This document shows positions 37,327-45,999 of a stretch of DNA of 64,000 bases, in pieces. The DNA is from Bacteroidota bacterium (GTDB lineage: Bacteria; Bacteroidota; Ignavibacteria; UBA10030; SZUA-254). How positions within the stretch are numbered: position 1 is the first letter of the stretch; every line of letters begins with the position of its first letter. Below the pieces are notes generated by a model. The model did no database searches. It saw only the letters and a program-made list of their open reading frames with translations, and was not told the DNA's origin. The stretch spans positions 1,759 to 65,758 of the forward strand of contig DATKPE010000055.1 of assembly GCA_035524335.1 (NCBI GenBank), written 5' to 3'. A program made the translations under genes and the position numbers.

Positions 37327-38910
37327 ATGCCCGACAGATCCTCGGCTTCATCCTCCCACCGGCGGCCCGCCCCATGGTTTATGGTTCTTCCGGCTGTTGC
37401 GTTACTGCTTCCGCTGACGACTGCCGCCGGTATTCTCCCCGCAGGTTTCATCAGAGGGGCTGATCTTTCTTATCTCCAGCAGATCGAGGATGCCGGGGGT
37501 GTGTTCCGGGACGCCGGCCGCCCGCAGGATGCTCTCGAAATCTTCCGGCGTCACGGGTTCAACTACGTCCGCCTGAGACTCTGGCATACGGCCCCGGGGG
37601 CATATAACGGTCTCGGGAAAACGCTTCAGATGGCCCTCCGCATCAAACAGAAAAAAATGAAATTCCTCCTCGATTTTCATTACTCCGGCACATGGGCCGA
37701 TCCGGGCCATCAGGCACCTCCGCCGGAGTGGGCGGGGCTTCCGTACTCCGTTCTCCGGGACAGCATGTATCAGTATACCTTCAGCGTCATCGCCGCGCTC
37801 AAGGCACAGCAAACGCCGCCGGACATGGTCCAGCTGGGAAACGAAATATCGTGCGGTCTGCTCTGGGACGCCGGCAACGTGTGCGGCTCCTTCAACACTC
37901 CCGCGCAGTGGGATCAGCTTGCCGGCCTCCTCAGCGATGCGCGGCGTGCGGTGCACGACGCTCTTTCCCCCTCGGATTCGGCGCTGATCATGATCCATAC
38001 CGACCGCAGTGCGGATCCGGGAGGAGCGATCTGGTTTTTCGACAGCCTGACGGCGCGCGGCGTTGCCTTTGATATCATCGGATTGTCCTACTATCCGTGG
38101 TGGCATACGAGAGACCTCGGCGTCCTGACCCGCACCCTCGATACGCTGGCGGGCCGGTATCATAAGGATATTCTCATTGCAGAAACTGCGTACCCCTGGA
38201 CGCTGGCGTCGCAGGATACGGTGTTCAACCAGGTCGGTTCCACCGGCCAGATCATCGATCAGTTTCCCGCGACGGTGGAAGGACAGGAGGGTTTCCTGGA
38301 TACCCTGATGCATATCGTTGCGGATATTCCGGAAAATCTGGGCGTCGGAATCTGTTACTGGGCGCCGGATCATATTGTCGCACCGGCATTCGGCAGTGAC
38401 TGGGAGAATCTTGCGCTGTTCGACTTCGGCGGGAATGCTCTCGCTTCGTTCGCGGCCTTCGAGCCTCAGATGGAAATCGGATATCCTCCGGGGTGGAATC
38501 TGGTCTCCGTCCCCTACGTGCCCGGCAGTGCCGAGGCCGGTTCGGTGTTCCCCCAGCCGGGGGCGCTGCTCTTTGCCTACAGCGGTTCATACGAACCGAC
38601 GGATACAGTGACCACCGGCCAGGCGTACTGGATCTACCTCGCCGATTCGGGGACGGTTCTTTTCCATGGCAGGTACGTCGCCGGCGATACGATAACCGTG
38701 AATCGCAACTGGAACCTGATCGGAACTGGAGATCTCCCGGTTGCCGCGGCCGGCATTATTCCGGTTCCGCCGGTCGTCATCACATCCGGGGTATTCGGAT
38801 TGACCTCCGGGTCGGCGGGGTACAGTGTTGCCGACACGCTTGAGCCGGGCCGGGGATACTGGCTGAGGGTATCGGCCGCGGGAAAGATAGTTCTGAACAG
38901 CCCCCGCTGA
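37327..38910 (+). CDS. arabinogalactan endo-beta-1,4-galactanase (GH53) with C-terminal uncharacterised ~135-aa module
   Basis: 'GADLSYLQQIEDAGGVFRDAGRPQDALEIFRRHGFNYVRLRLW' matches the GH53 (GanB/GalA) N-terminus. Signal peptide. The C-terminal 'GWNLVSVPYVP...GQAYWIYLADSGTVLF...GRGYWLRVSAAGKIVL' is the module shared with three T9SS cargo proteins, but with no T9SS CTD after it. Confidence 0.75.
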   Translation: MPDRSSASSSHRRPAPWFMVLPAVALLLPLTTAAGILPAGFIRGADLSYLQQIEDAGGVFRDAGRPQDALEIFRRHGFNYVRLRLWHTAPGAYNGLGKTLQMALRIKQKKMKFLLDFHYSGTWADPGHQAPPPEWAGLPYSVLRDSMYQYTFSVIAALKAQQTPPDMVQLGNEISCGLLWDAGNVCGSFNTPAQWDQLAGLLSDARRAVHDALSPSDSALIMIHTDRSADPGGAIWFFDSLTARGVAFDIIGLSYYPWWHTRDLGVLTRTLDTLAGRYHKDILIAETAYPWTLASQDTVFNQVGSTGQIIDQFPATVEGQEGFLDTLMHIVADIPENLGVGICYWAPDHIVAPAFGSDWENLALFDFGGNALASFAAFEPQMEIGYPPGWNLVSVPYVPGSAEAGSVFPQPGALLFAYSGSYEPTDTVTTGQAYWIYLADSGTVLFHGRYVAGDTITVNRNWNLIGTGDLPVAAAGIIPVPPVVITSGVFGLTSGSAGYSVADTLEPGRGYWLRVSAAGKIVLNSPR

Positions 38911-39046
38911 CTTCGGTTTTTTCCCGCAGGATCCTCCTCAGGTCGCCATTTGCATGGTGGAGATTGTTGAATTCCCGACCGTCTAAATCATTTCGTATAA
39001 GGAACTTATCGGCCCCGCCGCCTCTCCTTCATTCAAATGAATCCTT

Positions 39047-39076
39047 TTGATATATCCATCATCTTATCAATATATA
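39047..39076 (+). promoter_or_regulatory. sigma70-like promoter TTGATA-N17-ATATAT(A) with embedded GATATATC palindrome, upstream of thiol/sulfur mini-operon
   Basis: 'ttgatatatccatcatcttatcaatatata' lies 35 nt before the DUF2892 start. The 8-bp palindrome 'gatatatc' overlaps the -35 box. Confidence 0.4.
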
Positions 39077-39110
39077 AAGGTTCAACAGACGGACTGGAAA
39101 GGCAAAATGA

Positions 39111-39320
39111 ATGAAAAAGAATGTCGGTAATGCCGATAAATGGATTCGGATCGGGGTGGTCGCGGCATCTGTTGTGCTTGCGGCATATGGGGTTTTCCCA
39201 TGGTTGATTGCTTGTCTGGTAGCTGTCATCGCTCTGGTTACGGGGCTGACAGGCTACTGTCCGCTCTACGGTGTCTGCGGAATATCGACGCGCAGGCAGA
39301 CCGGGAAGGGGGCTGAATAA
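39111..39320 (+). CDS. DUF2892 (YgaP-like) small membrane protein
   Basis: 69 aa, two TM helices and a '[10 protein letters not shown]' motif characteristic of DUF2892. Confidence 0.55.
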   Translation: MKKNVGNADKWIRIGVVAASVVLAAYGVFPWLIACLVAVIALVTGLTGYCPLYGVCGISTRRQTGKGAE

Positions 39321-39670
39321 TGTCAGGGAACGTGATCAATACAACGGATGAGTCGTTCAAAAAGGATGTCATCGATTCTGATATCCCCGTGCTGGTCGAT
39401 TTTTGGGCGCCCTGGTGCGGACCGTGCAGGATGGTCGCGCCGGTGATCGAGGAACTTGCGGCGGAATACGCCGGGCGGATCCGTTTCGTGAAACTCAACA
39501 CCGACGAGAACATGGAGATTTCCGCCGCGATGGGAATTCAGAGCATCCCGACCCTCGCGGTGTTCAGCGGCGGTAAGGTCGTGGACGGCGTTCTCGGAAC
39601 TGTTTCGAAAAAAGCGCTCGAAGGGATCCTCGTAAAGCACCTCCAGCCTGCCGCCGTGGAGAAAAAATGA
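39320..39670 (+). CDS. trxA: thioredoxin
   Basis: '[17 protein letters not shown]' WCGPC active site. 116 aa. 1-nt overlap with the upstream gene (ATAATG). Confidence 0.9.
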   Translation: MSGNVINTTDESFKKDVIDSDIPVLVDFWAPWCGPCRMVAPVIEELAAEYAGRIRFVKLNTDENMEISAAMGIQSIPTLAVFSGGKVVDGVLGTVSKKALEGILVKHLQPAAVEKK

Positions 39671-40122
39671 ATACGAAGACCGCAGTGGTGAAACAGGTCG
39701 CAGGGGTGACCCTCGCGGCAAAATGCGATTCGGGCCATTGGGTGATGATGGACGGCGGTCCGGCATTCGGAGGAAGCAATGCCGCGTCGAGTCCGAAGGA
39801 ACTCCTTCTCATGGCTCTGGGGGGATGCACGGCGAACGACGTGATCCCCATTCTGAAAAAAAAGAAAGCGCCGGTCGAAGCGGTGGAGATCCGGCTGACC
39901 GGGACCGTGCGGGACGAACATCCCCAGATTTTTACCGATATCCACGTCGAATATCTGATCACGGGAGACGGGATCGAGCCGGCGGATGTCGAACGCGCGA
40001 TCGAGCTATCAACAACGAAATACTGTTCGATTTCGGCAATGCTGCAGCCTGCCGTCCGCATTACCCATGCCTACAGGATTCTCCGGCACGGAGAACCTGC
40101 AGGAACCGTCGCAGGGGGCTAA
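39667..40122 (+). CDS. OsmC/Ohr-family peroxiredoxin-like protein
   Basis: '[30 protein letters not shown]...[12 protein letters not shown]' conserves the two Cys of the OsmC fold. 4-nt overlap with trxA. Confidence 0.75.
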   Translation: MNTKTAVVKQVAGVTLAAKCDSGHWVMMDGGPAFGGSNAASSPKELLLMALGGCTANDVIPILKKKKAPVEAVEIRLTGTVRDEHPQIFTDIHVEYLITGDGIEPADVERAIELSTTKYCSISAMLQPAVRITHAYRILRHGEPAGTVAGG

Positions 40123-40512
40123 ATGGACACGACACAATGGATTGAAGCGGCGGCCGTGCTCGCCGTTGTCGTACTGCTCGTCCGGAGGAATATCCGGCGG
40201 CGGGCCGTGCCGAGAATTTCGGCGAAGGAGTGTGCCGACGGTGGAGCCGGCCGGGGAAAGGACCTTTTCCTCGACGTCCGTACCGGTACCGAGCGAAGCG
40301 CCGGCAATATTCCGGGATCGCTCCATATTCCCCTGCATGAACTCCCGGGACGCCTGGGGGAACTCGACCGCCACAGGAATAAACGGATCATCTGCTACTG
40401 CCAGTCGGGGAGCAGAAGTCTCGCGGCCACGACACTGCTCCTGCGGAACGGTTTCACGGCTGTCAGTCTGGATGGAGGCATTGCGGAATGGAACTTTCAC
40501 CGGCTTGGGTGA
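40123..40512 (+). CDS. rhodanese-domain sulfurtransferase with N-terminal TM helix
   Basis: 'DVRTGTERSAGNIPGSLHIP...IICYCQSGSRSLAATTLL' is the rhodanese active-site loop with its catalytic Cys. Abuts the OsmC stop. Confidence 0.75.
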   Translation: MDTTQWIEAAAVLAVVVLLVRRNIRRRAVPRISAKECADGGAGRGKDLFLDVRTGTERSAGNIPGSLHIPLHELPGRLGELDRHRNKRIICYCQSGSRSLAATTLLLRNGFTAVSLDGGIAEWNFHRLG

Positions 40513-40579
40513 ATGGGCCCGGAGCCGGTGATTCTGCGCCGTCGATTCTCGCGGAGGGATTGCTGAAGGAAATCTGATC

Positions 40580-40969
40580 ATGAAGAATTATGGATTGACA
40601 AAGCCGCTCGCTGGCGATTTTGAGGCGGTGCGGGACAGAACCGAGGCCGCTCTCAAGCAGGAAGGATTCGGAATTCTTACGGTCGTCGACATCGGAGAAA
40701 CACTCCGCTCGAAACTCGGTGTCTCCGTCGGCAGATATCTGATTCTCGGCGCCTGCCATCCGCCATCGGCCTATAAGGCCATTCAGGCGGATAAGAGCAT
40801 CGGGCTCTTCCTTCCCTGCAACGTCATTCTGTACGAACAGGACAGCGCGACGACCGTCGTGTCGATGTTCGATCCGGTTTCTGTTGCCGGGGAGGGTGGA
40901 AACAGGGAACTGCTCGAGGCGGCAAAATATGTGAGGGATAAATTTCAGGCGATACTCGCATCGCTCTGA
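40580..40969 (+). CDS. DUF302 domain protein
   Basis: 129 aa. 'EAALKQEGFGILTVVDIGETLRSKLGV...YLILGACHP' matches the DUF302 pattern by recall. Confidence 0.5.
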   Translation: MKNYGLTKPLAGDFEAVRDRTEAALKQEGFGILTVVDIGETLRSKLGVSVGRYLILGACHPPSAYKAIQADKSIGLFLPCNVILYEQDSATTVVSMFDPVSVAGEGGNRELLEAAKYVRDKFQAILASL

Positions 40970-41042
40970 GTCGATGACCGTTTCACCCGGCTCATCCCCG
41001 CTATCCTGCAGCTTTCAGACCGCATGTCCGGTCAAATGCCGG

Positions 41043-41064
41043 GTCATATCATGCCGGATATGAC
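41043..41064. promoter_or_regulatory. inverted repeat GTCATAT-N8-ATATGAC (hairpin / possible operator or terminator after DUF302 gene)
   Basis: Perfect 7-bp inverted repeat read directly, about 75 nt after the DUF302 stop. Flanked by CCGG repeats. Confidence 0.3.
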
Positions 41065-41173
41065 TTACCGGCGTTTTCATCTGAAATCCATATCTCGACA
41101 GGTTCGATCGTACGTTGCCTGATACTTCAGCTAAAATCGGTGTGAATTGGCCGATTTGATCTGATTTTATGCC

Positions 41174-41248
41174 ATTTTTATCCCCCCCGATATTTTCTTT
41201 ATCCCCTCTTGATCGGATATCTCCCCCCTGTCGTATATCTTTCATCCC
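41174..41248 (+). promoter_or_regulatory. three iterated (T)TTATCCCC / CTTTCATCCC direct repeats upstream of kdpC (candidate KdpE-binding boxes)
   Basis: 'atttttatccccccc' (41174-41188), 'atattttctttatcccc' (41190-41206) and 'tatatctttcatccc' (41234-41248). Spacings are about 21 and 42 bp, i.e. the same helical face. They lie 35-110 nt upstream of the kdpC ATG. Confidence 0.35.
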
Positions 41249-41283
41249 GTACTCATAAAATTGAAGGTTTCGACCATTTTGAT

Positions 41284-41874
41284 ATGATCAAACAGATCAA
41301 AATATCGCTCGTCGTGATTCTTCTCTTCACGATTCTCACCGGCGTCTGTTATCCGCTTGCCGTCACGGGAATTGCCCAGCTATTATTTCCCCGGCAGGCG
41401 AACGGGTCAATGCTCCATTCCAGAGGCGTGCTTGTCGGGTCGGCGCTGATCGGCCAGCAGTTCACTTCACCCAAATATTTCTGGAGCCGCATATCCGCCA
41501 CCGTTCCCTATGCCTATAATGCGGGCGCGTCGGGAGGTTCGAACTTCGGCCCCTTGAACCCTGCGCTCATGGATGAAGCCGGAAAACGGATTCATGACCT
41601 CCGGCAAGCCGATTCCGGCAACGGTGCCCGGGTCCCGGCCGATCTCGCGACCTCTTCGGCCAGCGGGCTCGATCCGCACATCAGTATTGCGTCGGCGCTC
41701 TTTCAGGTACGCCGGGTGGCGCGGGCGCGGGGAATAAGCGAAGATTCGCTCCGGCAGATCGTTGCGCTGTTCACGGAGGGAAGGCAATTCGGCATTCTTG
41801 GTGAACCGACGGTCAATGTCCTGAAGCTGAACCTTTCGCTGGATCGTGTTTTTATTGATGAGGAGGGACGATGA
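41284..41874 (+). CDS. kdpC: K+-transporting ATPase subunit C
   Basis: Full-length colinearity with KdpC: 'GVCYPLAVTGIAQLLFPRQANGSM', 'IGQQFTSPKYFWSRISAT', 'GGSNFGPLNPAL', 'ATSSASGLDPHISIASALFQVRRVARARG', 'VNVLKLNLSLD'. Start re-set to ATG 41284 (track ORF uses TTG 41209). Confidence 0.85.
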   Translation: MIKQIKISLVVILLFTILTGVCYPLAVTGIAQLLFPRQANGSMLHSRGVLVGSALIGQQFTSPKYFWSRISATVPYAYNAGASGGSNFGPLNPALMDEAGKRIHDLRQADSGNGARVPADLATSSASGLDPHISIASALFQVRRVARARGISEDSLRQIVALFTEGRQFGILGEPTVNVLKLNLSLDRVFIDEEGR

Positions 41875-41984
41875 TGCCCGATCTTCTTTATATAGGTGTC
41901 GCGATTGCATTTTTTGGTTTGACATTGGGTCTGATGGCGGGCTGTGACCGTCTGATGGACCGGGGACCGGGAGAGAGGAAATGA
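41871..41984 (+). CDS. small hydrophobic KdpF-like peptide (37 aa), tandem to kdpF
   Basis: 'MMPDLLYIGVAIAFFGLTLGLMAGCDRLMDRGPGERK'. ATGA overlap with the kdpC stop, and its own stop overlaps the kdpF ATG. Shares 'LLY(I/L)' plus a single TM helix with the adjacent KdpF. Not in the ORF track (<60 aa). Confidence 0.4.
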   Translation: MMPDLLYIGVAIAFFGLTLGLMAGCDRLMDRGPGERK

Positions 41985-42073
41985 ATCTGCTCTATCTGAT
42001 ATCGGGTCTCATTTCGCTTTTTCTGCTGGTCTATCTGTTTGTCGCGCTGTTGAAACCGGAGATCTTCGAATGA
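41981..42073 (+). CDS. kdpF: K+-transporting ATPase subunit F
   Basis: '[30 protein letters not shown]' (30 aa) matches KdpF length and pattern (E. coli 'MSAGVITGVLLVFLLLGYLVYALINAEAF'). Stop overlaps the kdpA start. Confidence 0.6.
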   Translation: MNLLYLISGLISLFLLVYLFVALLKPEIFE

Positions 42074-43812
42074 CCGGCGCCGGAATCGGACAGATCGTCC
42101 TGTACCTGGGAGTTCTTCTGCTCCTGGTCAAACCGCTGGGCGCTTTCATGGCGAGAGTCTACAGGCGCGAGAAGACGTTTCTCGATCCCGTCGCCGGACC
42201 GGTGGAACGGCTGATGTACCGTCTGTCGGGGATAGATCCCGGGGCGGAGATGGACTGGAAGGCCAACGTCGTTGCGATGCTGTTATTCAATGTCGCGGGC
42301 CTCGGTATCGTCTATCTGCTTCAGCGTCTTCAGCAGTTTCTCCCGCTGAATCCGCAGGGGCTCGGGGCCATCACCCCCGATTCGTCCTTCAACACCGCCG
42401 TCAGCTTCGCATCGAACACGAACTGGCAGGGATATGGCGGTGAAACGACCATGAGCTACCTGACGCAGATGATCGGCCTGACGGTGCAGAATTTCGTCTC
42501 GGCGGGAACCGGCATGGCGGTACTGGCGCTCTTCATCAGAGGCATTGCGCGACACTCGGCGCAGACATTGGGCAACTTCTGGGTGGATCTGACCAGGAGT
42601 GTTCTCTATATCCTCCTGCCGCTGTCGTTCGTTCTTGCCCTGCTTCTGGTATCACAGGGGGTCGTTCAGACATTTTCGTCATATGCGACAGCTCATCTGC
42701 TGGAGCCCACTTCCGATACTGCAGGAGTGAAAGTCGCGGACCAGCTTATCGCGGTCGGGCCCGCGGCCTCGCAGATAGCGATCAAACAGCTTGGGACGAA
42801 CGGCGGCGGGTTCTTCAATGTGAATTCCGCGCATCCGTTTGAAAACCCTACCCCGTTCACCGATTTTCTGGAGATGCTCTCGATACTTCTCATCGCGGCG
42901 GCTCTCTGTTACACGTTCGGAGACATGGTGGGGGATACAAGGCAGGGCTGGGCCCTGCTGGCGGCAATGCTGGTGATATTCATTTTCTTCGTCGGCCTGG
43001 CCTATTATAGTGAGGCGGGCGGAAATCCGCTGTTGGGGAAACTCGGGGCCGATCAGCATGCCGGCCCGCTGAATCCCGGGGGAAACATGGAGGGTAAAGA
43101 GGTCCGGTTCGGCGTTCCCAATTCGTCGCTCTGGGCTGTGGCAACCACCGCGGCCTCGAACGGTTCGGTGAATGCGATGCACGACTCCTTCATGCCGCTG
43201 GGAGGTCTGGCGACGTTCGTCATGATGCAGTTGGGCGAGGTTGTCTTCGGCGGGGTCGGATCGGGGCTCTACGGCATGCTGATCTTCGTGATCGTCGCAG
43301 TGTTTGTCGCCGGTCTTCTCGTCGGGCGAACCCCGGAGTACCTTGGTCATAAGATCGAGGCCTACGAGATGAAAATGGCGTCGATTCTGATTCTGATCAT
43401 GCCGCTTACGGTGCTGGGGCTGACGGCGCTGGCGGTCGTGACCGACGCCGGCCGGGCGGGGGTTTTCAATCCGGGCCCGCACGGGTTCAGCGAGATATTT
43501 TACACGTTCACTTCCCAGGGAAACAACAACGGGAGTGCGTTCGGCGGGATAGGCGCCACGACGCCCTTTTATAATCTCACGGGAGGGATTGCGATGCTGA
43601 TCAGCAGGTACTGGCTCGCGGTTCCGACTCTTGCTCTCGCGGGCGCGCTTGTCCGGAAGAAAAAAGTCCCGGCGGGGGAGGGAACGCTCCCGACCCATAC
43701 GCCGCTGTTCATATTCTGGCTTATCTCAGTCGTTCTGATCGTCGGGGCGCTGAATTTCCTTCCGGGGCTTGCCCTCGGTCCGATTGTCGAACATTTCATG
43801 ATGGTGCACTAG
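42070..43812 (+). CDS. kdpA: K+-transporting ATPase subunit A
   Basis: '[41 protein letters not shown]' is the KdpA N-terminus. 580 aa, polytopic. Confidence 0.9.
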   Translation: MTGAGIGQIVLYLGVLLLLVKPLGAFMARVYRREKTFLDPVAGPVERLMYRLSGIDPGAEMDWKANVVAMLLFNVAGLGIVYLLQRLQQFLPLNPQGLGAITPDSSFNTAVSFASNTNWQGYGGETTMSYLTQMIGLTVQNFVSAGTGMAVLALFIRGIARHSAQTLGNFWVDLTRSVLYILLPLSFVLALLLVSQGVVQTFSSYATAHLLEPTSDTAGVKVADQLIAVGPAASQIAIKQLGTNGGGFFNVNSAHPFENPTPFTDFLEMLSILLIAAALCYTFGDMVGDTRQGWALLAAMLVIFIFFVGLAYYSEAGGNPLLGKLGADQHAGPLNPGGNMEGKEVRFGVPNSSLWAVATTAASNGSVNAMHDSFMPLGGLATFVMMQLGEVVFGGVGSGLYGMLIFVIVAVFVAGLLVGRTPEYLGHKIEAYEMKMASILILIMPLTVLGLTALAVVTDAGRAGVFNPGPHGFSEIFYTFTSQGNNNGSAFGGIGATTPFYNLTGGIAMLISRYWLAVPTLALAGALVRKKKVPAGEGTLPTHTPLFIFWLISVVLIVGALNFLPGLALGPIVEHFMMVH

Positions 43813-43813
43813 G

Positions 43814-45943
43814 ATGACGTCTGCAGAGGGAAAGAGACAGGATACGGGAACGACGGCGGAACAGCTGAAGAACAAGCCGATTGCGCTCACAGGGGAGATG
43901 TACCGCAGGGCTTTGATGGATGCGGTGCGAAAGCTGGACCCGCGGAGCATGGTGCGCAACCCGGTCATGTTTGTCGTCGAAGTCGGCAGTATTCTGACCA
44001 CAGCGCTCTGGATCCAGGCGCTCGCCGGAAGGGGAGAAGCCGCTCCGTGGTACATCGGCGGAGTTTCCCTGTGGCTCTGGTTCACGGTCCTCTTCGCCAA
44101 TTTTTCCGAAGCGCTTGCCGAGGGGCGGGGAAAAGCGCAGGCGGATGCGCTCCGCCGGGCGAGAAAGGACATCACCGCCAAGCTCCTGAAGGAGGCGCAC
44201 TACGGTTCCGCATATGAGATCACTGCGTCGAGCGTTCTGCGCACCGGCAATGTCTTTCTGGTGGAGGCGGGAGATATCATCCCGGCCGACGGCGAAGTGA
44301 TCGAAGGGGTGGCGTCGGTGGACGAAAGTGCGATCACCGGCGAGAGCGCCCCGGTGATCCGCGAATCCGGCGGCGACAGAAGCGCGGTCACGGGCGGAAC
44401 GCGTGTTCTCTCCGACTGGCTCGTCGTCCGGCTCACCGCCGAACCGGGCGGGGGATTTCTCGACAGGATGATCAAGCTCATCGAAGGCGCGAAACGGCAG
44501 AAAACGCCGAACGAGATCGCCCTGAATATTCTTCTTGCCGCGTTCACGATCATTTTTCTGGTTGTCTGTGTCACGCTCCTGCCGTTCTCGCTCTTCAGCG
44601 TTTCCTCAGCCGGCCAGGGCGCTCCCATCACGGTAACGGTCCTTGTTGCCCTGCTGGTCTGTCTCATTCCGACCACGATCGGAGGCCTCCTTTCGGCGAT
44701 CGGGATTGCGGGCATGGACAGAATGATCCGTCACAACGTCATCGCTACATCCGGAAGGGCGATAGAGGCGGCAGGGGATGTCGATGTCCTTCTGCTCGAC
44801 AAGACAGGCACGATCACTCTTGGAAACCGGATGGCGACGGAATTCACCCCCGCGCCGGGAGTGCCGAAGGAACGTCTCGCCGATGCCGCACAGCTTGCCT
44901 CTCTGGCGGACGAGACTCCCGAAGGCCGGTCGATCGTCGTGCTTGCGAAGGAGAAATACGGTCTCCGGGGCCGGGATGTGCATGAAATATCTGCCCAGTT
45001 CGTTCCGTTCAGTGCCCAGACGCGCATGAGCGGGGTCGATCTCCAGGGCGAGGCGGGCGCGAAGCGGATCATCCGCAAAGGCGCCGCCGAATCGATGAAA
45101 AAATATGTGGAACAGATGGGAGGTCTCTTTCCGCCGGCCGTGGCGCAGACGGTTCAGGAGATCGGAAGGGCCGGGGCCACGCCGCTGGTGGTCGTCGAGA
45201 ACAGCGACGTTCTGGGCGTCATCCACCTGAAGGACATCGTGAAGGGCGGTATCAAGGAGCGGTTTGCCCATCTCCGGAGCATGGGGATCAAGACGGTGAT
45301 GATCACCGGCGACAATCAGCTTACGGCAACCGCGATTGCGGCCGAGGCCGGGGTGGACGATTTTCTCGCGGAAGCCAAGCCGGAGGACAAGCTGAAACTG
45401 ATCAGGGAGTATCAGAAGGGGGGACGTCTGGTCGCCATGACGGGTGACGGTACGAACGACGCTCCGGCGCTGGCACAGGCGGATGTGGCTGTGGCAATGA
45501 ACACGGGAACACAGTCTGCCCGCGAGGCGGCAAACATGATCGATCTCGACAGCAATCCGACCAAGCTGATGGAAATCGTTGAAATCGGCAAACAGCTTCT
45601 CATGACCCGCGGCACGCTCACCACCTTCAGCATCGCGAACGATGTCGCCAAGTATTTTGCGATCATTCCGGCCGCCTTCGCAACGACCTATCCGGCTCTG
45701 AATGCGCTGAACGTGATGCACCTTGCGACGCCGCAGAGCGCGATCCTTTCCGCGGTCATTTTCAACGCCCTGATCATCGTGGCGCTTATTCCGCTCGCCC
45801 TCAAGGGGGTAAAATACCGGCCGGTAAGTGCGGTCCGCCTCCTCAGGCGGCACCTCTTCATCTACGGCGTCGGCGGCCTGATCGTTCCGTTTCTCGGGAT
45901 CAAACTTGTCGATCTCATACTTGTGGCGCTCGGATGGGTATGA
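43814..45943 (+). CDS. kdpB: K+-transporting P-type ATPase subunit B
   Basis: P-type ATPase motifs '[10 protein letters not shown]' and '[21 protein letters not shown]'. 709 aa. 1-nt gap after kdpA. Confidence 0.9.
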   Translation: MTSAEGKRQDTGTTAEQLKNKPIALTGEMYRRALMDAVRKLDPRSMVRNPVMFVVEVGSILTTALWIQALAGRGEAAPWYIGGVSLWLWFTVLFANFSEALAEGRGKAQADALRRARKDITAKLLKEAHYGSAYEITASSVLRTGNVFLVEAGDIIPADGEVIEGVASVDESAITGESAPVIRESGGDRSAVTGGTRVLSDWLVVRLTAEPGGGFLDRMIKLIEGAKRQKTPNEIALNILLAAFTIIFLVVCVTLLPFSLFSVSSAGQGAPITVTVLVALLVCLIPTTIGGLLSAIGIAGMDRMIRHNVIATSGRAIEAAGDVDVLLLDKTGTITLGNRMATEFTPAPGVPKERLADAAQLASLADETPEGRSIVVLAKEKYGLRGRDVHEISAQFVPFSAQTRMSGVDLQGEAGAKRIIRKGAAESMKKYVEQMGGLFPPAVAQTVQEIGRAGATPLVVVENSDVLGVIHLKDIVKGGIKERFAHLRSMGIKTVMITGDNQLTATAIAAEAGVDDFLAEAKPEDKLKLIREYQKGGRLVAMTGDGTNDAPALAQADVAVAMNTGTQSAREAANMIDLDSNPTKLMEIVEIGKQLLMTRGTLTTFSIANDVAKYFAIIPAAFATTYPALNALNVMHLATPQSAILSAVIFNALIIVALIPLALKGVKYRPVSAVRLLRRHLFIYGVGGLIVPFLGIKLVDLILVALGWV

Positions 45944-45999
45944 CATTTCCGCATATTACTCGATCACACACATCATTCATCAGAATATCAGGACTGAGC

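Noticed and set aside
41260-41289. TTGAAG-N16-TATGAT promoter-like hexamers at the kdpC start
   Set aside because: The -10 hexamer overlaps the kdpC ATG itself, so it cannot drive this gene. Probably a chance occurrence in an AT-rich patch.
44606-45946. 446-aa minus-strand ORF opposite kdpB
   Set aside because: kdpB carries the P-type ATPase motifs DKTGT and GDGxNDxP in the + frame.
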